Positions 50,001-59,150 of a DNA stretch of 64,000 bases are shown piece after piece. The translations under genes were made by a program, and so were the position numbers. The stretch is from Myxococcales bacterium. Its GTDB lineage: Bacteria; Myxococcota_A; Polyangia; Polyangiales; DASUME01. A model generated the notes under the pieces. That model saw nothing but the letters and a program-made list of their open reading frames with translations, ran no database searches and was not told the DNA's origin. Numbering within the stretch: the first letter of the stretch is position 1; every line of letters starts with the position of its first letter. Where the stretch lies: positions 864,001 through 928,000 of the forward strand of contig JASGJH010000001.1 in assembly GCA_047601445.1 (NCBI GenBank), given 5' to 3'.

Positions 50001-50190
50001 TGGGCGCGGTGCTCTTGCGCTCGTAGCGGCGGAGCTTGAAGACACGCTCGTGCCGCGCCACCGTGTAGGGCGCGTGCACCTCGGGTGACAGCCGCCCCAC
50101 GCGCGCCAGCTCGAGAGCGTTCTGCGCGCCCTTGGTGAGGTTTTCCCAGAGCGAACTCAGCCCGCTCTTGCGCTCTCCCTCGTCTCCCAT
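47041..50190 (-). CDS. Fusion of PHA-synthase-like alpha/beta hydrolase and long-chain acyl-CoA synthetase (Rv1683-like)
   Basis: LLVPPLM, GYSQGG, GSPVD, GHFGLVVG in the N-half; IFTAG (degenerate AMP-binding loop), EFYATTEGN, WFITGD, FVDR in the C-half. Confidence 0.88.
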   Translation of the reverse strand: MGDEGERKSGLSSLWENLTKGAQNALELARVGRLSPEVHAPYTVARHERVFKLRRYERKSTAPKVSPEVDLPLLLVPPLMVTAEVYDIDPEISTVTMLAEAGVDVWMVDFGIPEQEEGGLERTLDDHVQAVSHAIDHVRAATGNDVHLAGYSQGGMFCYQTAAYRRSQGIKSLITFGSPVDVHQNLVLGGEVASRVIDSLSGLVRSGLSAMDALPGTFSSRGFRILSAGKELKHMLSFIGNLHDREALMRGESSRKFLHGEGFVAWPGPALRNFYEQFVVQNRMSQGGFVIDGRTLTLADITCPILYFYGERDEFARAPSVRSIREAAPLAESYEVKLRTGHFGLVVGSMALKQTWPTVIDWMRWHEGKGLRPTNMRMAGEVEVKPDALEDVIEANFEDVEYNARLIFDTAKDTASFVRRRVGDISSTLGAMFDNLRYQVPRLARLERIDADSRVSAGLALAEQAERMGEQTFFLWKGRAHSYADSDRRVNAIVRGLIACGVKPGSRVGVLMQARPSYLSLVTAISRLGAVAVLISPEGKRVSLEHALQLGQVEILITDPERAEGGRFTFQGPVLCLGGGGPQGEGRKHVEGVLDMESIDPEQVELPEWYEPNPGRASDLAMVIFTAGKDERPRAARITNRRWAVAAYGAAAASTLTPKDTVYCCMPLDHAAGLLVSVGGALVGGARLALAQGFEPETFWTEVRRYGASVVYYAGEMCRPLVDAPSLTSDDNNPVRLFAGSGMRADVWRRLVERFDTGVLEFYATTEGNAVLANVSGQPVGSLGRPLPGTADVALVAYDFDTNSFVRDAEGKLVRCFADQPGMLIARIDSAHPMASFDGYLDSKESLARVMRDAFEPHDAWFITGDVVRVDPSGNHWFVDRAADMIRTHKGPVSTLHVEDTLYELPEIKHAVVYGLPVPGSNHEMPVATIVVRPGYLLDPLAIARQVERRLDANARPRFVRVRDDVPMSVGYRPMKQPLRDQGVQPTDLDTLAYDQDLRLYQPVQPAVYAVSVAQAGGTLASAAPMETKPEKRKKNGRKSEKKRADDPA

Positions 50191-50363
50191 CGTTCCTCGC
50201 CTGCGGGTGCGTGCCCCGCCCTCATGGGTAGTACGAGCGGCCCCTTGCCGCCAGATTTTCTCGGTGGTAACGCGGGCGTCGGAGTGGTCACTCGGGCGTG
50301 GGTCGAGTTCTAAGGGGTCGATGCGCCCTCGGGCGCGCAAGCAGAGAATGGAGAGCGTGCAAG

Positions 50364-51209
50364 GTGGCCCACAAGAGCGCTCGTTGGAACGGACAGGCGA
50401 TTTCGGTTTCGCCCATCGGAATCTTCCGCTCCCCGTTTCGGGAGCGCATGGACGCACCGCGCCAGGCGCGGGTGGCCGCCGAGACCGAGGGGCGCGTGGA
50501 GCTCTTCGAGGGGCAAGGCTACGAGGACGCGCTGTCCGACCTGGATCGGTTCGACCACCTCTGGCTGGTCTTCTGGTTCGACCGCAACGTGGGCTTTCGG
50601 CCCAAGGTGCTGCCCCCACGGAGCGCCGTGAAGCGCGGTGTGTTTGCCACCCGTGCTCCCTATCGCCCCAACCCCATCGGCCTCAGCGCGGTGGAGCTGG
50701 TGGGCATCGAGGGGCTCACGGTTCACGTGCGCGGCGTGGACTTGCTCGACGGCACTCCGGTCCTCGATCTCAAACCTTATGTGCCCTACAGCGACGCCAT
50801 CCCACAGGCCAGTCACGGCTGGCTCGAGCTTCCGACGGGGCAGGGCGAGCGCCCGCGAGATCCACTGCCTGCCTATGCCGTCACGTTCGCTCCGCTGGCC
50901 GAGCAGCAGCTGGCGTTCCTACGAGACGAGCAGGGGCTCGAGTTGGGGCCTCGGGTCGAAGAGGTCTTGAGGCTCGGCCCCACGCCCCACGCCTATCGAC
51001 GCATCCGCCGTGAGCCCGACGGCCCCGAGGGGGCCGGCTACGTGCTCGCGCTCAAGGACTGGCGCGTGCGCTTCAGCGCCCAGGGCGAGCAGATCACGGT
51101 GGTCTCGCTGCACAGCGGGTACCGCCCGAGTCAGCTGTTCTCCGAGCCCGCGCAGGCCCCCGAGGTCCATCGCGCGTTCGTGGCCAAGTGGGCTACGCTG
51201 CTGCCATGA
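50364..51209 (+). CDS. trmO: tRNA (t6A37-N6)-methyltransferase TrmO
   Basis: PIG.FRSPF, APRQ, FDHLWLVF, VLPPR, GVFATRAPYRPNPIGLS, DLLDGTPVLDLKPY. GTG start estimated from GGAG RBS. Confidence 0.95.
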   Translation: MAHKSARWNGQAISVSPIGIFRSPFRERMDAPRQARVAAETEGRVELFEGQGYEDALSDLDRFDHLWLVFWFDRNVGFRPKVLPPRSAVKRGVFATRAPYRPNPIGLSAVELVGIEGLTVHVRGVDLLDGTPVLDLKPYVPYSDAIPQASHGWLELPTGQGERPRDPLPAYAVTFAPLAEQQLAFLRDEQGLELGPRVEEVLRLGPTPHAYRRIRREPDGPEGAGYVLALKDWRVRFSAQGEQITVVSLHSGYRPSQLFSEPAQAPEVHRAFVAKWATLLP

Positions 51210-51811
51210 AGCTCTACCACCACCCGCTCTCCACGTTCTCGCGGCGTATCCGCATGCAGCTCATCGAGAAGGGCGTCTCCATCGACGAAGTGCTGATCGA
51301 TATGACCAAGGCGGAGCACAAGGGACCAGCCTACAAGACCCTCAATCCCTACGGTCGCGTGCCGCTCTTGGTGGACGGAAGCTTCGTACTCTACGAGTCG
51401 AGTGCCATCATGGACTATCTGGAGACGGTCTTCCCCGAGCCTCCGCTGTTGCCGCAGAGCGCCCAGAGTCGCGCGCTGGTGGCCATGCACATCAAGCTGT
51501 GCGACGTGGAGTTCGGCTCCCAGACGCGCAGCGTGATCTTCCCGCGCCGCTTCTTCCCGCGCGAGCGCTGGGACGTGCCCAGCCAGGAGAAGGCCATCGA
51601 CGGTATCGCCAAGCACCTCGGCATTCTGGAGGCGCAGCTGACCGGGAAGTCGTACCTGGTCGATGATCGCTACACGCTGGCGGACCTGGCCTACACGCCC
51701 TTCGTGCAGTTCTTGCCACTGCTGGAGCTCACGGCGCCGCCCAACGTGGCCCGCTGGATCGCCCGCATCGAGGCTCGCCCGAGCGCACAGCAGACCCGTC
51801 CGCCGAAGTAG
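51206..51811 (+). CDS. Glutathione S-transferase
   Basis: MKLYHHPLS, LNPYGRVP, LYESSAI, YLVDDRYTLADL; ATGA coupled to trmO. Confidence 0.95.
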   Translation: MKLYHHPLSTFSRRIRMQLIEKGVSIDEVLIDMTKAEHKGPAYKTLNPYGRVPLLVDGSFVLYESSAIMDYLETVFPEPPLLPQSAQSRALVAMHIKLCDVEFGSQTRSVIFPRRFFPRERWDVPSQEKAIDGIAKHLGILEAQLTGKSYLVDDRYTLADLAYTPFVQFLPLLELTAPPNVARWIARIEARPSAQQTRPPK

Positions 51812-51824
51812 CCCTGCGCGGGCG

Positions 51825-51901
51825 CGAGCACCGGCCCCCCAGGCCTCAACACACCAACGCGTCGCGTTCGCGTGCTCAGGTCCTGTGAGGGCCGGTGCTC
51901 G
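51825..51901. terminator. Imperfect long hairpin between convergent genes
   Basis: CGAGCACCGGCCC (51825-51837) / GGGCCGGTGCTCG (51889-51901), 13-bp inverted repeat. Confidence 0.45.
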
Positions 51902-51920
51902 GCCGTCGCTCACCCCGGTG

Positions 51921-52511
51921 TCACGGTGACTCCGGGTGCAAACAAAGTCCGAACACGAGGAAGGGCGCGCACACGTAGCCGTCCTCCGCGCGACAATCGC
52001 TGTCGCTCGCACACAGGCGCTGGCACTGCGTCTCCTCGTTGTAGGTCACGCACGCCGCGCCCGCTCCGCACTGCGTCGCGTGCAGTGGATCGCAGTCGCG
52101 CGTGCAGTAGCCGTGCGGCGAGCCGAGATCCCCTTCTGTCAGGCAACGATGACCGGCCCCAAGGTCCGCGCAGTCCTCGTCGCTCGTGCAGCCCGCGCCC
52201 ACGCGTCCCGCGGCGGCCGCCAAGTCTCTCCCCGCATCCTGACCCGTGTCATCCTTCTCGTGCGAGGCTTCGGACGTTGCCACCAGGCTCGCGTCCGAAG
52301 GCACCTGGGCGTCTGCAGAGAACGAGTCGTCGGGCGCTTGGGCGTCGGATGCAGCATCCGTCCGAGCGGGCAGGGCAGGTGAGTTTGCGTCGCTCGCGTC
52401 CTCGCTCGGCGGCGACGCGGGGCGCGCCGAAGCGAGTTCCGAGGTGGGCTCTTCGGCATGTTCGCTGGAACAGCCGACGAGCAGAATCACGAGTGCGAGC
52501 TGCGTTCTCAT
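51921..52511 (-). CDS. Cys-rich lipoprotein
   Basis: Lipobox LVGC; Ser/Asp/Ala linker; GAGCTSDEDC, GYCTRDC, CASDSDCR..GYVC. Confidence 0.75.
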   Translation of the reverse strand: MRTQLALVILLVGCSSEHAEEPTSELASARPASPPSEDASDANSPALPARTDAASDAQAPDDSFSADAQVPSDASLVATSEASHEKDDTGQDAGRDLAAAAGRVGAGCTSDEDCADLGAGHRCLTEGDLGSPHGYCTRDCDPLHATQCGAGAACVTYNEETQCQRLCASDSDCRAEDGYVCAPFLVFGLCLHPESP

Positions 52512-52674
52512 CGCACTTCATCTAGACACCGACGACATCGCGCTGCACGGACTGGCACGGCTGCGCTTGCGCTTTGTGGGTGAGCCACGTCGCACAATCG
52601 CGAGCGCTGTTTCGAGGCTCACGCGGACGGTGTGATGGACGTCGAGCTCAGGCAATTCTGCCCAGGAAGAGCGC

Positions 52675-52708
52675 GAAAAAAACGCCTCATCCCAGCTGGG
52701 AATGCATG
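52675..52708 (-). terminator. Possible intrinsic terminator downstream of pyk
   Basis: Minus strand CATTCCCAGCTGGGATG hairpin followed after 5 nt by T7. Confidence 0.4.
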
Positions 52709-52740
52709 CCCTCTTGGCGCTGCGCCGGTGCCGCCTGCTG

Positions 52741-54168
52741 TCAGTGAAAGACGCGAATCTGGATGCTCGAGACGTTCTCGCCACCGGCCGCCACGTCGGT
52801 CACCACCACGATGGGATCCCCGGGCAACACGCGGTTGCGCTGACGCAGGCGCTCGAAGGCGGCGCGGATGGTCTTCTCGGGATCGCTCGAGAAGTCCATC
52901 TTGAAGGGCACCACCGAGCGCGTCAGCCAGAGCTTGCGGCGCGTGGTGCTCATGTTGGTAAAGGCGTAGATGATGGCGCGCTGCGGGCGATAGCTCGCGA
53001 CCATCTGGCCCAGCATGCCGCGGCGGGTCATCACCACGATGGCCGGGGCATTCAACGAGTCCGCCAGGCGACAAGCGCTACGTGCGAGCTCGTCACGGAT
53101 GGTCTGGGGCTTCTTGTCCGCGATGACGTTGTAGCCGGGTTCCTTCTCCACACGGCGCGCGATCTTGTCGAGCATTTGCACGCAGCGGTCGGGGAATTTT
53201 CCGGTGGCGGTTTCGCCGCTCAACATGATGGCGTCGGCCTGCTCGTACACGGCGTTGGCCACGTCGGTGACCTCGGCGCGCGTGGGCGTGGGGCTGTCGA
53301 TCATGGATTCGAGCAAGTGGGTGGCCACGATGACGGGCTTACCGGCCAGGGCACACTTGCGGACGATCATGCGCTGAATGCGCGGGAGCTCCTCGATGGG
53401 CACCTCGACGCCGAGGTCGCCGCGCGCCACCATGATGCCGTCGGCCACCTCGAGGATCTGCTCGAAGTTGTCGACGCCTTCCTGGTTCTCGATCTTGGCG
53501 ATGATGCGCGCGTGGCCGCCCTTGGACTGGACGATCTCGCGTGCGTCGAGCACGTCCTGAGGGGAGCGCACGAAGGAGAGCGCGATGAAGTCGAGGTCGT
53601 TGTCGACCGCGAACTCGATGTCCTTCTTGTCCTTCTCCGTGATGGAGGGCAGGTTCACGCGCACGCCGGGCAAGTTGATGTGCTTGCGTGAGCCGAGCGT
53701 GCCGCCATCGAGCACCTTGCAGCGCAGGCGTCCCTCGGTGATGTCGAGCACCTCCAGGTTGATCAAGCCGTTGTCGACAGTGACCTTACTGCCGACCTTC
53801 AGGTCCTTGACCATGTCCTGGTAGTTCACGTGCACGCTCTTCTCTTCCGGGTTCTCGTTGGTGAGCACCGTGAAGGAGAAGATCTCGCCGACCTTGAGAT
53901 CGATGTTCGTCTTGAGCTCGCCCGTGCGGATCTCCGGGCCCATCGTGTCGAGCAAGATGGAGACCGGATGGTTGAGCGAGCGGTTGAGGCTCTGAATGCG
54001 CCGCACGATCATCAGCGCCGACTTGTGCGAGCCGTGCGACATGTTCAGACGCGCGATGTTCATGCCGGACTGCGCCAGCTTCTGAATCATGCGCGAACTA
54101 TCGGTCGCGGGGCCGATCGTGCAGACAATCTTGGTGTGTCGAAAATCCCGTCGTTCCTGCGCCGCCAT
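52741..54168 (-). CDS. pyk: Pyruvate kinase
   Basis: [59 protein letters not shown]. Confidence 0.98.
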   Translation of the reverse strand: MAAQERRDFRHTKIVCTIGPATDSSRMIQKLAQSGMNIARLNMSHGSHKSALMIVRRIQSLNRSLNHPVSILLDTMGPEIRTGELKTNIDLKVGEIFSFTVLTNENPEEKSVHVNYQDMVKDLKVGSKVTVDNGLINLEVLDITEGRLRCKVLDGGTLGSRKHINLPGVRVNLPSITEKDKKDIEFAVDNDLDFIALSFVRSPQDVLDAREIVQSKGGHARIIAKIENQEGVDNFEQILEVADGIMVARGDLGVEVPIEELPRIQRMIVRKCALAGKPVIVATHLLESMIDSPTPTRAEVTDVANAVYEQADAIMLSGETATGKFPDRCVQMLDKIARRVEKEPGYNVIADKKPQTIRDELARSACRLADSLNAPAIVVMTRRGMLGQMVASYRPQRAIIYAFTNMSTTRRKLWLTRSVVPFKMDFSSDPEKTIRAAFERLRQRNRVLPGDPIVVVTDVAAGGENVSSIQIRVFH

Positions 54169-54221
54169 AGGGCCGGAGCTTGGCATTGTGTGAACAATTA
54201 TGCCAACTTCGCGGTGTGACA

Positions 54222-55194
54222 ATGGAAGCGGTCAAGACGCAGGCGCCGACCCGTCTCGGTCGCAGGGCGCTGTACGCCGTGTTGCTCGCGATCGTGGTGT
54301 TCGCCGGGCTCGGCCTCGCCAGCGACCTCGGCTCGCTCGGTGAGAGCCTGGCGAGTTTTCACTGGCCTGCGCTCGGCATGGCGCTCGCCCTCGTGCTCGG
54401 GAATTACGTGCTGCGTTTTCTGCGCTGGCAGTACTACCTGGGTGTGCTGGGGGCGCAGGTGCCGGTGCGGCTGAGCGGGCTCGTGTTTCTGTCAGGCTTC
54501 GTGATGAGCGTGACCCCGGGCAAGATGGGAGAGCTGTTCAAGTCGGTGCTCCTCCACGAGTATCGCGGCATCAGCATCGCGCGCACGGCCTCCATCGTGG
54601 TGGCCGAGCGGCTCCTCGATTCTGGTGGCCCTGGTCCTGTTGGTGAGCCTCGGCAGCACGGCCTTCCCCCACGGCCGCGCGGTCGCCTTCGCGGGAGGCA
54701 GCGTGGTGGCGGCCATCGTGCTGGTGTGCGTGGCTCGCCCGGTGGGGCACTTCCTGCTCGATCGGCTAGCGAGCTTCGGGCCCACGGCGCGCATCACACC
54801 CAAGCTGCGCGAGACGTACGACGCACTCAACACCCTGACCCGTCCGCGCGCCTTCGTGGTCGGAGGCGGCCTGGCGGTGCTCGGCTGGGCGCTCGAGTGC
54901 GTCGCGACCTGGGTGTTGGCTGGCGGCTTCGGGATCTCCATGCCGTTCAGCGGAGCTACCTTCGCCTATGCGGCGGGCACGCTGGCAGGAGCGCTCGCGA
55001 TGTTGCCCGGCGGACTCGGCGTGGCGGAAGTGGGGATGTCCGGGCTTTTCCGTGCCGCGTCGCCCGAGCTGTCCTTGGCGGGCGCTTCGGCGATCACGAT
55101 CTTGGTACGCCTCTCGACCCTGTGGTTCGGGGTCGCACTCGGGGGGCTCGCGCTACTCGTGCTGCGGGCAACCGAGCGAAAGCAGGACGATTAG
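54222..55194 (+). CDS. Lysylphosphatidylglycerol synthase TM / UPF0104 flippase-like protein, frameshifted at ~54620
   Basis: RFLRW, TPGKMGE, ERLLD; removing one T at GATTC 54618-54622 continues LVALVLL...PGGLGVAE...RLSTLWF. Confidence 0.88.
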
Positions 55195-55334
55195 AATTTT
55201 CGCACGGGACTGTCCGACCGTGTTTGGTAGCAAAGTAGGCGGCTGGCGAAGCTGTGCGCATGAGTCGCATCAAAAAACCATGAACAGGCGGGTAGGCGTT
55301 GCGGGCGCTTACGGCGTCCGCCCATGATGACCTG

Positions 55335-56204
55335 GTGCAGCGGTTTACCCCTTACGCCCTTGCGCTCGTGTGTGCCCTGAGTGGCGTCACTGGAGCTAAC
55401 GCAGAAGCGCCCGGGGGCCTCGCTGCTCTCGGCCTTTCCGGGGCAGACGGCACCGTACGCGCTCAGGCGAACGTAAGGTTGGCCGTGGCCGTGGCGCCGG
55501 GGTCGCCGGACTTCGCGGTGCGCATGAGCGAGCCTGTGCGCCAGCAGATGGGCAGCATCCGCACCTGCTTCGGGCAGGCCATGGGGCGCAGCGCAAGCGT
55601 CCAGGGGCGCGCGGTGTTCGAGATCGAGGCGCTGTCGCAGGGACGTTCGCGCACGCGCGTGACCTCGAACCGCACGGGCGATCAAGAGATGGTGGAGTGC
55701 ATGCGCGCCAGCCTCTCGCAAGTCGGCTTCCAGGGCATTCCTCGCGGTGTCCGATCGCTGATCACGCTGGATCTCACCAACCCGTCTGCGCAGAACCAGC
55801 TCACCGCCAAGACTCAGGACGCGGCGCCCAGTCCAGTGAAGGTCTTGCCGGGTGGTCGCGCCGAGAGCGAGGGCGGCACGCAGCAGGGCGAGGTTCAGTT
55901 CCGCATCTCCGGTGCAGCCGAAAACCGCACGGCCATCGAAAACCTGCACAACGACGTGTCGCAGCGTTTCGCGGGTTTGCTCGACTGCCGCCGCAAGAGC
56001 TCGCGCAAGAATCACCCTGCGACCGGCACCATCACGCTCAAGCTATCCATCGAGAACGGTAAGGTCGCCAAGATGCGCTCCAAGGCGGATCGCTCGGTGG
56101 GCTACAAAGCTCCGGGTTGCGTGATGGAGTGGCTCGGTCGCGCCGATTCCAGCCGCCTGCGCCCGGCCGAACTCGAGCTGGCGATCACGTTCGGTAAGGA
56201 CTGA
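55335..56204 (+). CDS. Secreted protein with two TonB-C/AgmX-GltG-like C-terminal-type domains
   Basis: Signal peptide; two repeats of helix-C...G...beta-beta...C pattern (IRTCF..VECM; LLDCR..PGCV). Start estimated. Confidence 0.55.
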   Translation: MQRFTPYALALVCALSGVTGANAEAPGGLAALGLSGADGTVRAQANVRLAVAVAPGSPDFAVRMSEPVRQQMGSIRTCFGQAMGRSASVQGRAVFEIEALSQGRSRTRVTSNRTGDQEMVECMRASLSQVGFQGIPRGVRSLITLDLTNPSAQNQLTAKTQDAAPSPVKVLPGGRAESEGGTQQGEVQFRISGAAENRTAIENLHNDVSQRFAGLLDCRRKSSRKNHPATGTITLKLSIENGKVAKMRSKADRSVGYKAPGCVMEWLGRADSSRLRPAELELAITFGKD

Positions 56205-56285
56205 CACCGAGCGAGCGCTGGGAGCAGGGGGGCAGCGCCCAAATCAGCTCGCTGTGTTTCGCGCCGGCTGCTACCTGAGGGCGCG

Positions 56286-57188
56286 ATGACATCTGTTGTT
56301 CCCGGCGGGCGCCGCGGCGATGCGAGCCGTGGTCAGGGCACGCTGTCTCTGCGCTATGAAGACGTCGCCCAAGACGGACGACTCAAGCCGATCGCCATGC
56401 CGCACGGGATGGGCGTGGTGGCCTATCGCAAGCTGTGGAACCCCACGCCCCTCGCGAGCGCGTTGCGTGAGCGCGGCATTCTACCGATCTTGAGCCGACT
56501 CAAGATGGAGAGCCTGGGTGGACCCGTGAGCGTGCTGCAGCCGGTGGAGGTGCAAGCCTGGTACGAGCTCTGCCATCTGCGCGGATCCAACGGCGAGGTG
56601 CAGCGCGTGCTGCTCAACCTGGGCGCCGATCTATACGGCTCGCGCGGTCGCACCCACGATCCGCAGCCGCTCGCTGGCGGTGAGCGCATCCAGGTGGGTC
56701 GTGTGTTCGCCGAACACGTCTTCACGCGTCCATTCGCGGCGCCCGAAGCGCGACGCGTGAGCGGGGCGGATTTCGAGGGACTCGACATCGGAGCCGAGCT
56801 GCCCACGCCCGACGGGCGCGGATCGCTGGCACCGCCAGACGCGAGCCGTGCGCTCGACGCAGACTTCGTGGCCGACCCGGCGGACACCGTATTCGGACTC
56901 GGTCAGACCGACTCCAACCAACACATCAATTCGCTGGCCTATATCCCGCTATTCGAGGCCACGGCGCTGCGGCGCCTCGCCGATCACGGGCGGGCGACGG
57001 AGCAGTTTCAACTGCGGGAGATCGAGCTCACCTACCGCAAGCCGTGCTTCGCTGGAGATCGCATGCGTAGCGCGTCCCGTGTCTTCCAGCGCGACACGAC
57101 GCTGCTCGTGCGAGCCTTGATGGCGCCCCACGGGGCGAGCGTGGAGCGCGCCCACTGCACCTGTGCCCTGACGTTCGAGCCGCGGTGA
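56286..57188 (+). CDS. Acyl-ACP thioesterase-like double hot-dog protein
   Basis: LRYEDVAQDG, TDSNQHINSLAY, YRKPCFAGD. Confidence 0.75.
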   Translation: MTSVVPGGRRGDASRGQGTLSLRYEDVAQDGRLKPIAMPHGMGVVAYRKLWNPTPLASALRERGILPILSRLKMESLGGPVSVLQPVEVQAWYELCHLRGSNGEVQRVLLNLGADLYGSRGRTHDPQPLAGGERIQVGRVFAEHVFTRPFAAPEARRVSGADFEGLDIGAELPTPDGRGSLAPPDASRALDADFVADPADTVFGLGQTDSNQHINSLAYIPLFEATALRRLADHGRATEQFQLREIELTYRKPCFAGDRMRSASRVFQRDTTLLVRALMAPHGASVERAHCTCALTFEPR

Positions 57189-57191
57189 ACG

Positions 57192-57686
57192 CTACTTGAG
57201 CTTGGTCTTGCTGCCGGCGAGGCGCAGCACGTGGTTGAACTCGCCAGCCTGCACGGGTTGCACACTCAGGCGCATGCCGCGCTTGATCACGAGCATCTCC
57301 TGGCACTTGGGGTCGCTCTTGAGCTGGTCGAGGGTGACGAACTCGGGGAACTTCTCCACGAACTCCACGTCCACGCGATCCCAGCGCGGCGCTTCGGGCT
57401 TGGACTTGTCGTCGTAGTAAGGGCTCTTGGGGTCGAACTGGGTCTCGTCGACGTAGGCCTCGCGGCCGATGCGCATGAGCCCCACCACGCCCGGCGGAAT
57501 CACGCTCGAGTGGTAGAAGAAGGCGAGGTCCCCGAGCTGCATGTTGCGCATGTGATTGCGGGCCTGGTAGTTGCGCACGCCTTCCCAGGTGCCGCGGTCG
57601 GCCTTCTTGAGGTCGTCGATGGAATAGACATCCGGCTCGGATTTCATCAACCAGAACTGCGGGGTGCGCTTGGTGGACTTCGGCAT
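57192..57686 (-). CDS. EVE domain protein
   Basis: WLMKSEPDVYSIDDL, WEGVRNYQARN, GDLAFFYHS, RLSVQPV. Confidence 0.96.
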   Translation of the reverse strand: MPKSTKRTPQFWLMKSEPDVYSIDDLKKADRGTWEGVRNYQARNHMRNMQLGDLAFFYHSSVIPPGVVGLMRIGREAYVDETQFDPKSPYYDDKSKPEAPRWDRVDVEFVEKFPEFVTLDQLKSDPKCQEMLVIKRGMRLSVQPVQAGEFNHVLRLAGSKTKLK

Positions 57687-57771
57687 GGGCAACGGCTGTG
57701 CTCTACGGAACTTGTCGGCCCCTGGCAACGCGGCGTTGACTTCTCGCCGCCTGCGCTCTAACCGCTACTCC

Positions 57772-58380
57772 GTGCACGCATCGCGCTGGCTCTGCCTCAC
57801 CACCTTGCTCTGGCTGCTCGCCGGCGGAGTGCAGGCCCAGAGTCAGCCCGCGGTGGGCACCTGCCTCGGCGGCAATTGTCAGGTCGGTTCGCCCGCCTTG
57901 CCCCAGCAGGACGCGCAGCAGGAGGTCAGCCCGCCCCGTGGATTCGCCCGTGGTGCGGCCTGGTTCGGCCTGCTGAGCGGAGCCCTCACGCTGGCCGGTT
58001 CGGTGACGATCGCCAGCGTGCACGACCAAGCCTCCGAGCCCATCACCCGGGGCGTCTGGATGGGCTACACCGCGCTGGCGCTGCCGGTGGTGGCCCTGGG
58101 CAGCTTCACCACCCGCAAGCGCGCGAGGGTCGACGGTCTCAAGCCGCTGCGTGGGCTAGGCTGGACGGCCTACGCCGGGGCGGTCACCAATGGCGCGGCT
58201 CAGTTCTACCTGGTGCTGAACGACTCCAGGCCGAGCGCGGGTTTCACCGTGGGCCTCGGCGTGATCAGCCTGATGGCCTTCCTGCCCCATGCCTTCGATG
58301 CCTTCGTCAGCTACCGCAGTGCGCGCAGCAGGGGGTTCGCGCTGGCGCCCACTTCGAGTGGGTTCGTGGTGCGCTTCTAG
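57772..58380 (+). CDS. Hypothetical secreted/membrane protein
   Basis: Signal peptide, about 4 hydrophobic segments, myxobacterial-type LAPTSSGFVVRF terminus. Start estimated. Confidence 0.6.
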   Translation: MHASRWLCLTTLLWLLAGGVQAQSQPAVGTCLGGNCQVGSPALPQQDAQQEVSPPRGFARGAAWFGLLSGALTLAGSVTIASVHDQASEPITRGVWMGYTALALPVVALGSFTTRKRARVDGLKPLRGLGWTAYAGAVTNGAAQFYLVLNDSRPSAGFTVGLGVISLMAFLPHAFDAFVSYRSARSRGFALAPTSSGFVVRF

Positions 58381-58393
58381 GGGCTCGCCGCTT

Positions 58394-59149
58394 TCACGCG
58401 GGCGTTGCTGGCGCCGCGGAACCGGCTGGCCGACCCGCGAAGAAGCGCTCGGCTTCGCGCAGCTCCCCGGGGGTTCCCACGTGGATCCAGTCACCTCGGT
58501 GCACCAGACCGCCCATGCGCGCCAGGCTGCCGTCGGGTCGCTCGGCGGCGCGATAGAGCTCGCGCAGCGAGAACGGGGCGACCGTACGGCCTGCGAACAA
58601 CGCGGGAGTGAGGATTTGCAGGCCCGAGAACACGTAGCGAGGGGAAGGGCTTCGCACGAGCTCCCCCTGCTCGTTGAGGTCGAAGTCGCCAGGCCCCCGA
58701 TAGCCGATCGCGCGCTCGCGCGGATGCAGCAGGAGCAGGGCATCGAAGCGGGCCGGGTCGAAGGCCTCGCTCAGGCGGCCGAGCGCCGAGGAGTCGCCTG
58801 CGTGGTCGAGCCAGATCGTGTCGCTGTTGGCGCTGAAGAAGGGCCCCTCACCGAGCAGCGGCAGGGCCTGCATCACACCGCCTCCGGTCTCGAGCAGCAC
58901 TTCCTCCCGTGAAAGCGCGATCGCGCTCGGGCCCCGACGTGCCGCCACGTGGGCCGCGATTTGCTCGCCCAGGTAGTGGCAGTTCACGACGATGCGCTCG
59001 CAGCCGGCCTGTTCGAAGTGTGTCAGCGCGTAGTCGAGCAGTGCCCGGCCGCCGACCTGGACCAAGGGCTTGGGCGTGCTGCGCGTGAGCTCGCCCATCC
59101 GCGTACCGAGGCCGGCCGCGAACACCATGGCACTGCGAAGGACGGCCAT
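58394..59149 (-). CDS. Nucleotidyltransferase (MurU-like)
   Basis: AAGLGTRMGELT..PKPL, LLETGGG, PFFSANSD, WIHVGTP. Confidence 0.9.
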   Translation of the reverse strand: MAVLRSAMVFAAGLGTRMGELTRSTPKPLVQVGGRALLDYALTHFEQAGCERIVVNCHYLGEQIAAHVAARRGPSAIALSREEVLLETGGGVMQALPLLGEGPFFSANSDTIWLDHAGDSSALGRLSEAFDPARFDALLLLHPRERAIGYRGPGDFDLNEQGELVRSPSPRYVFSGLQILTPALFAGRTVAPFSLRELYRAAERPDGSLARMGGLVHRGDWIHVGTPGELREAERFFAGRPAGSAAPATPA

Positions 59150-59150
59150 C

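Noticed and set aside
50348..50410. Possible sixth frameshift at the trmO 5' end (ATG 50348, GATTT near 50399)
   Set aside because: An in-frame GTG at 50364 with a GGAG RBS gives a complete TrmO without any correction.
4329..55194. Five split genes as true pseudogenes or programmed frameshifts
   Set aside because: No other decay, no slippery heptamers, unrelated functions, and all breakpoints sit on GATC; sequencing artefact is more parsimonious.
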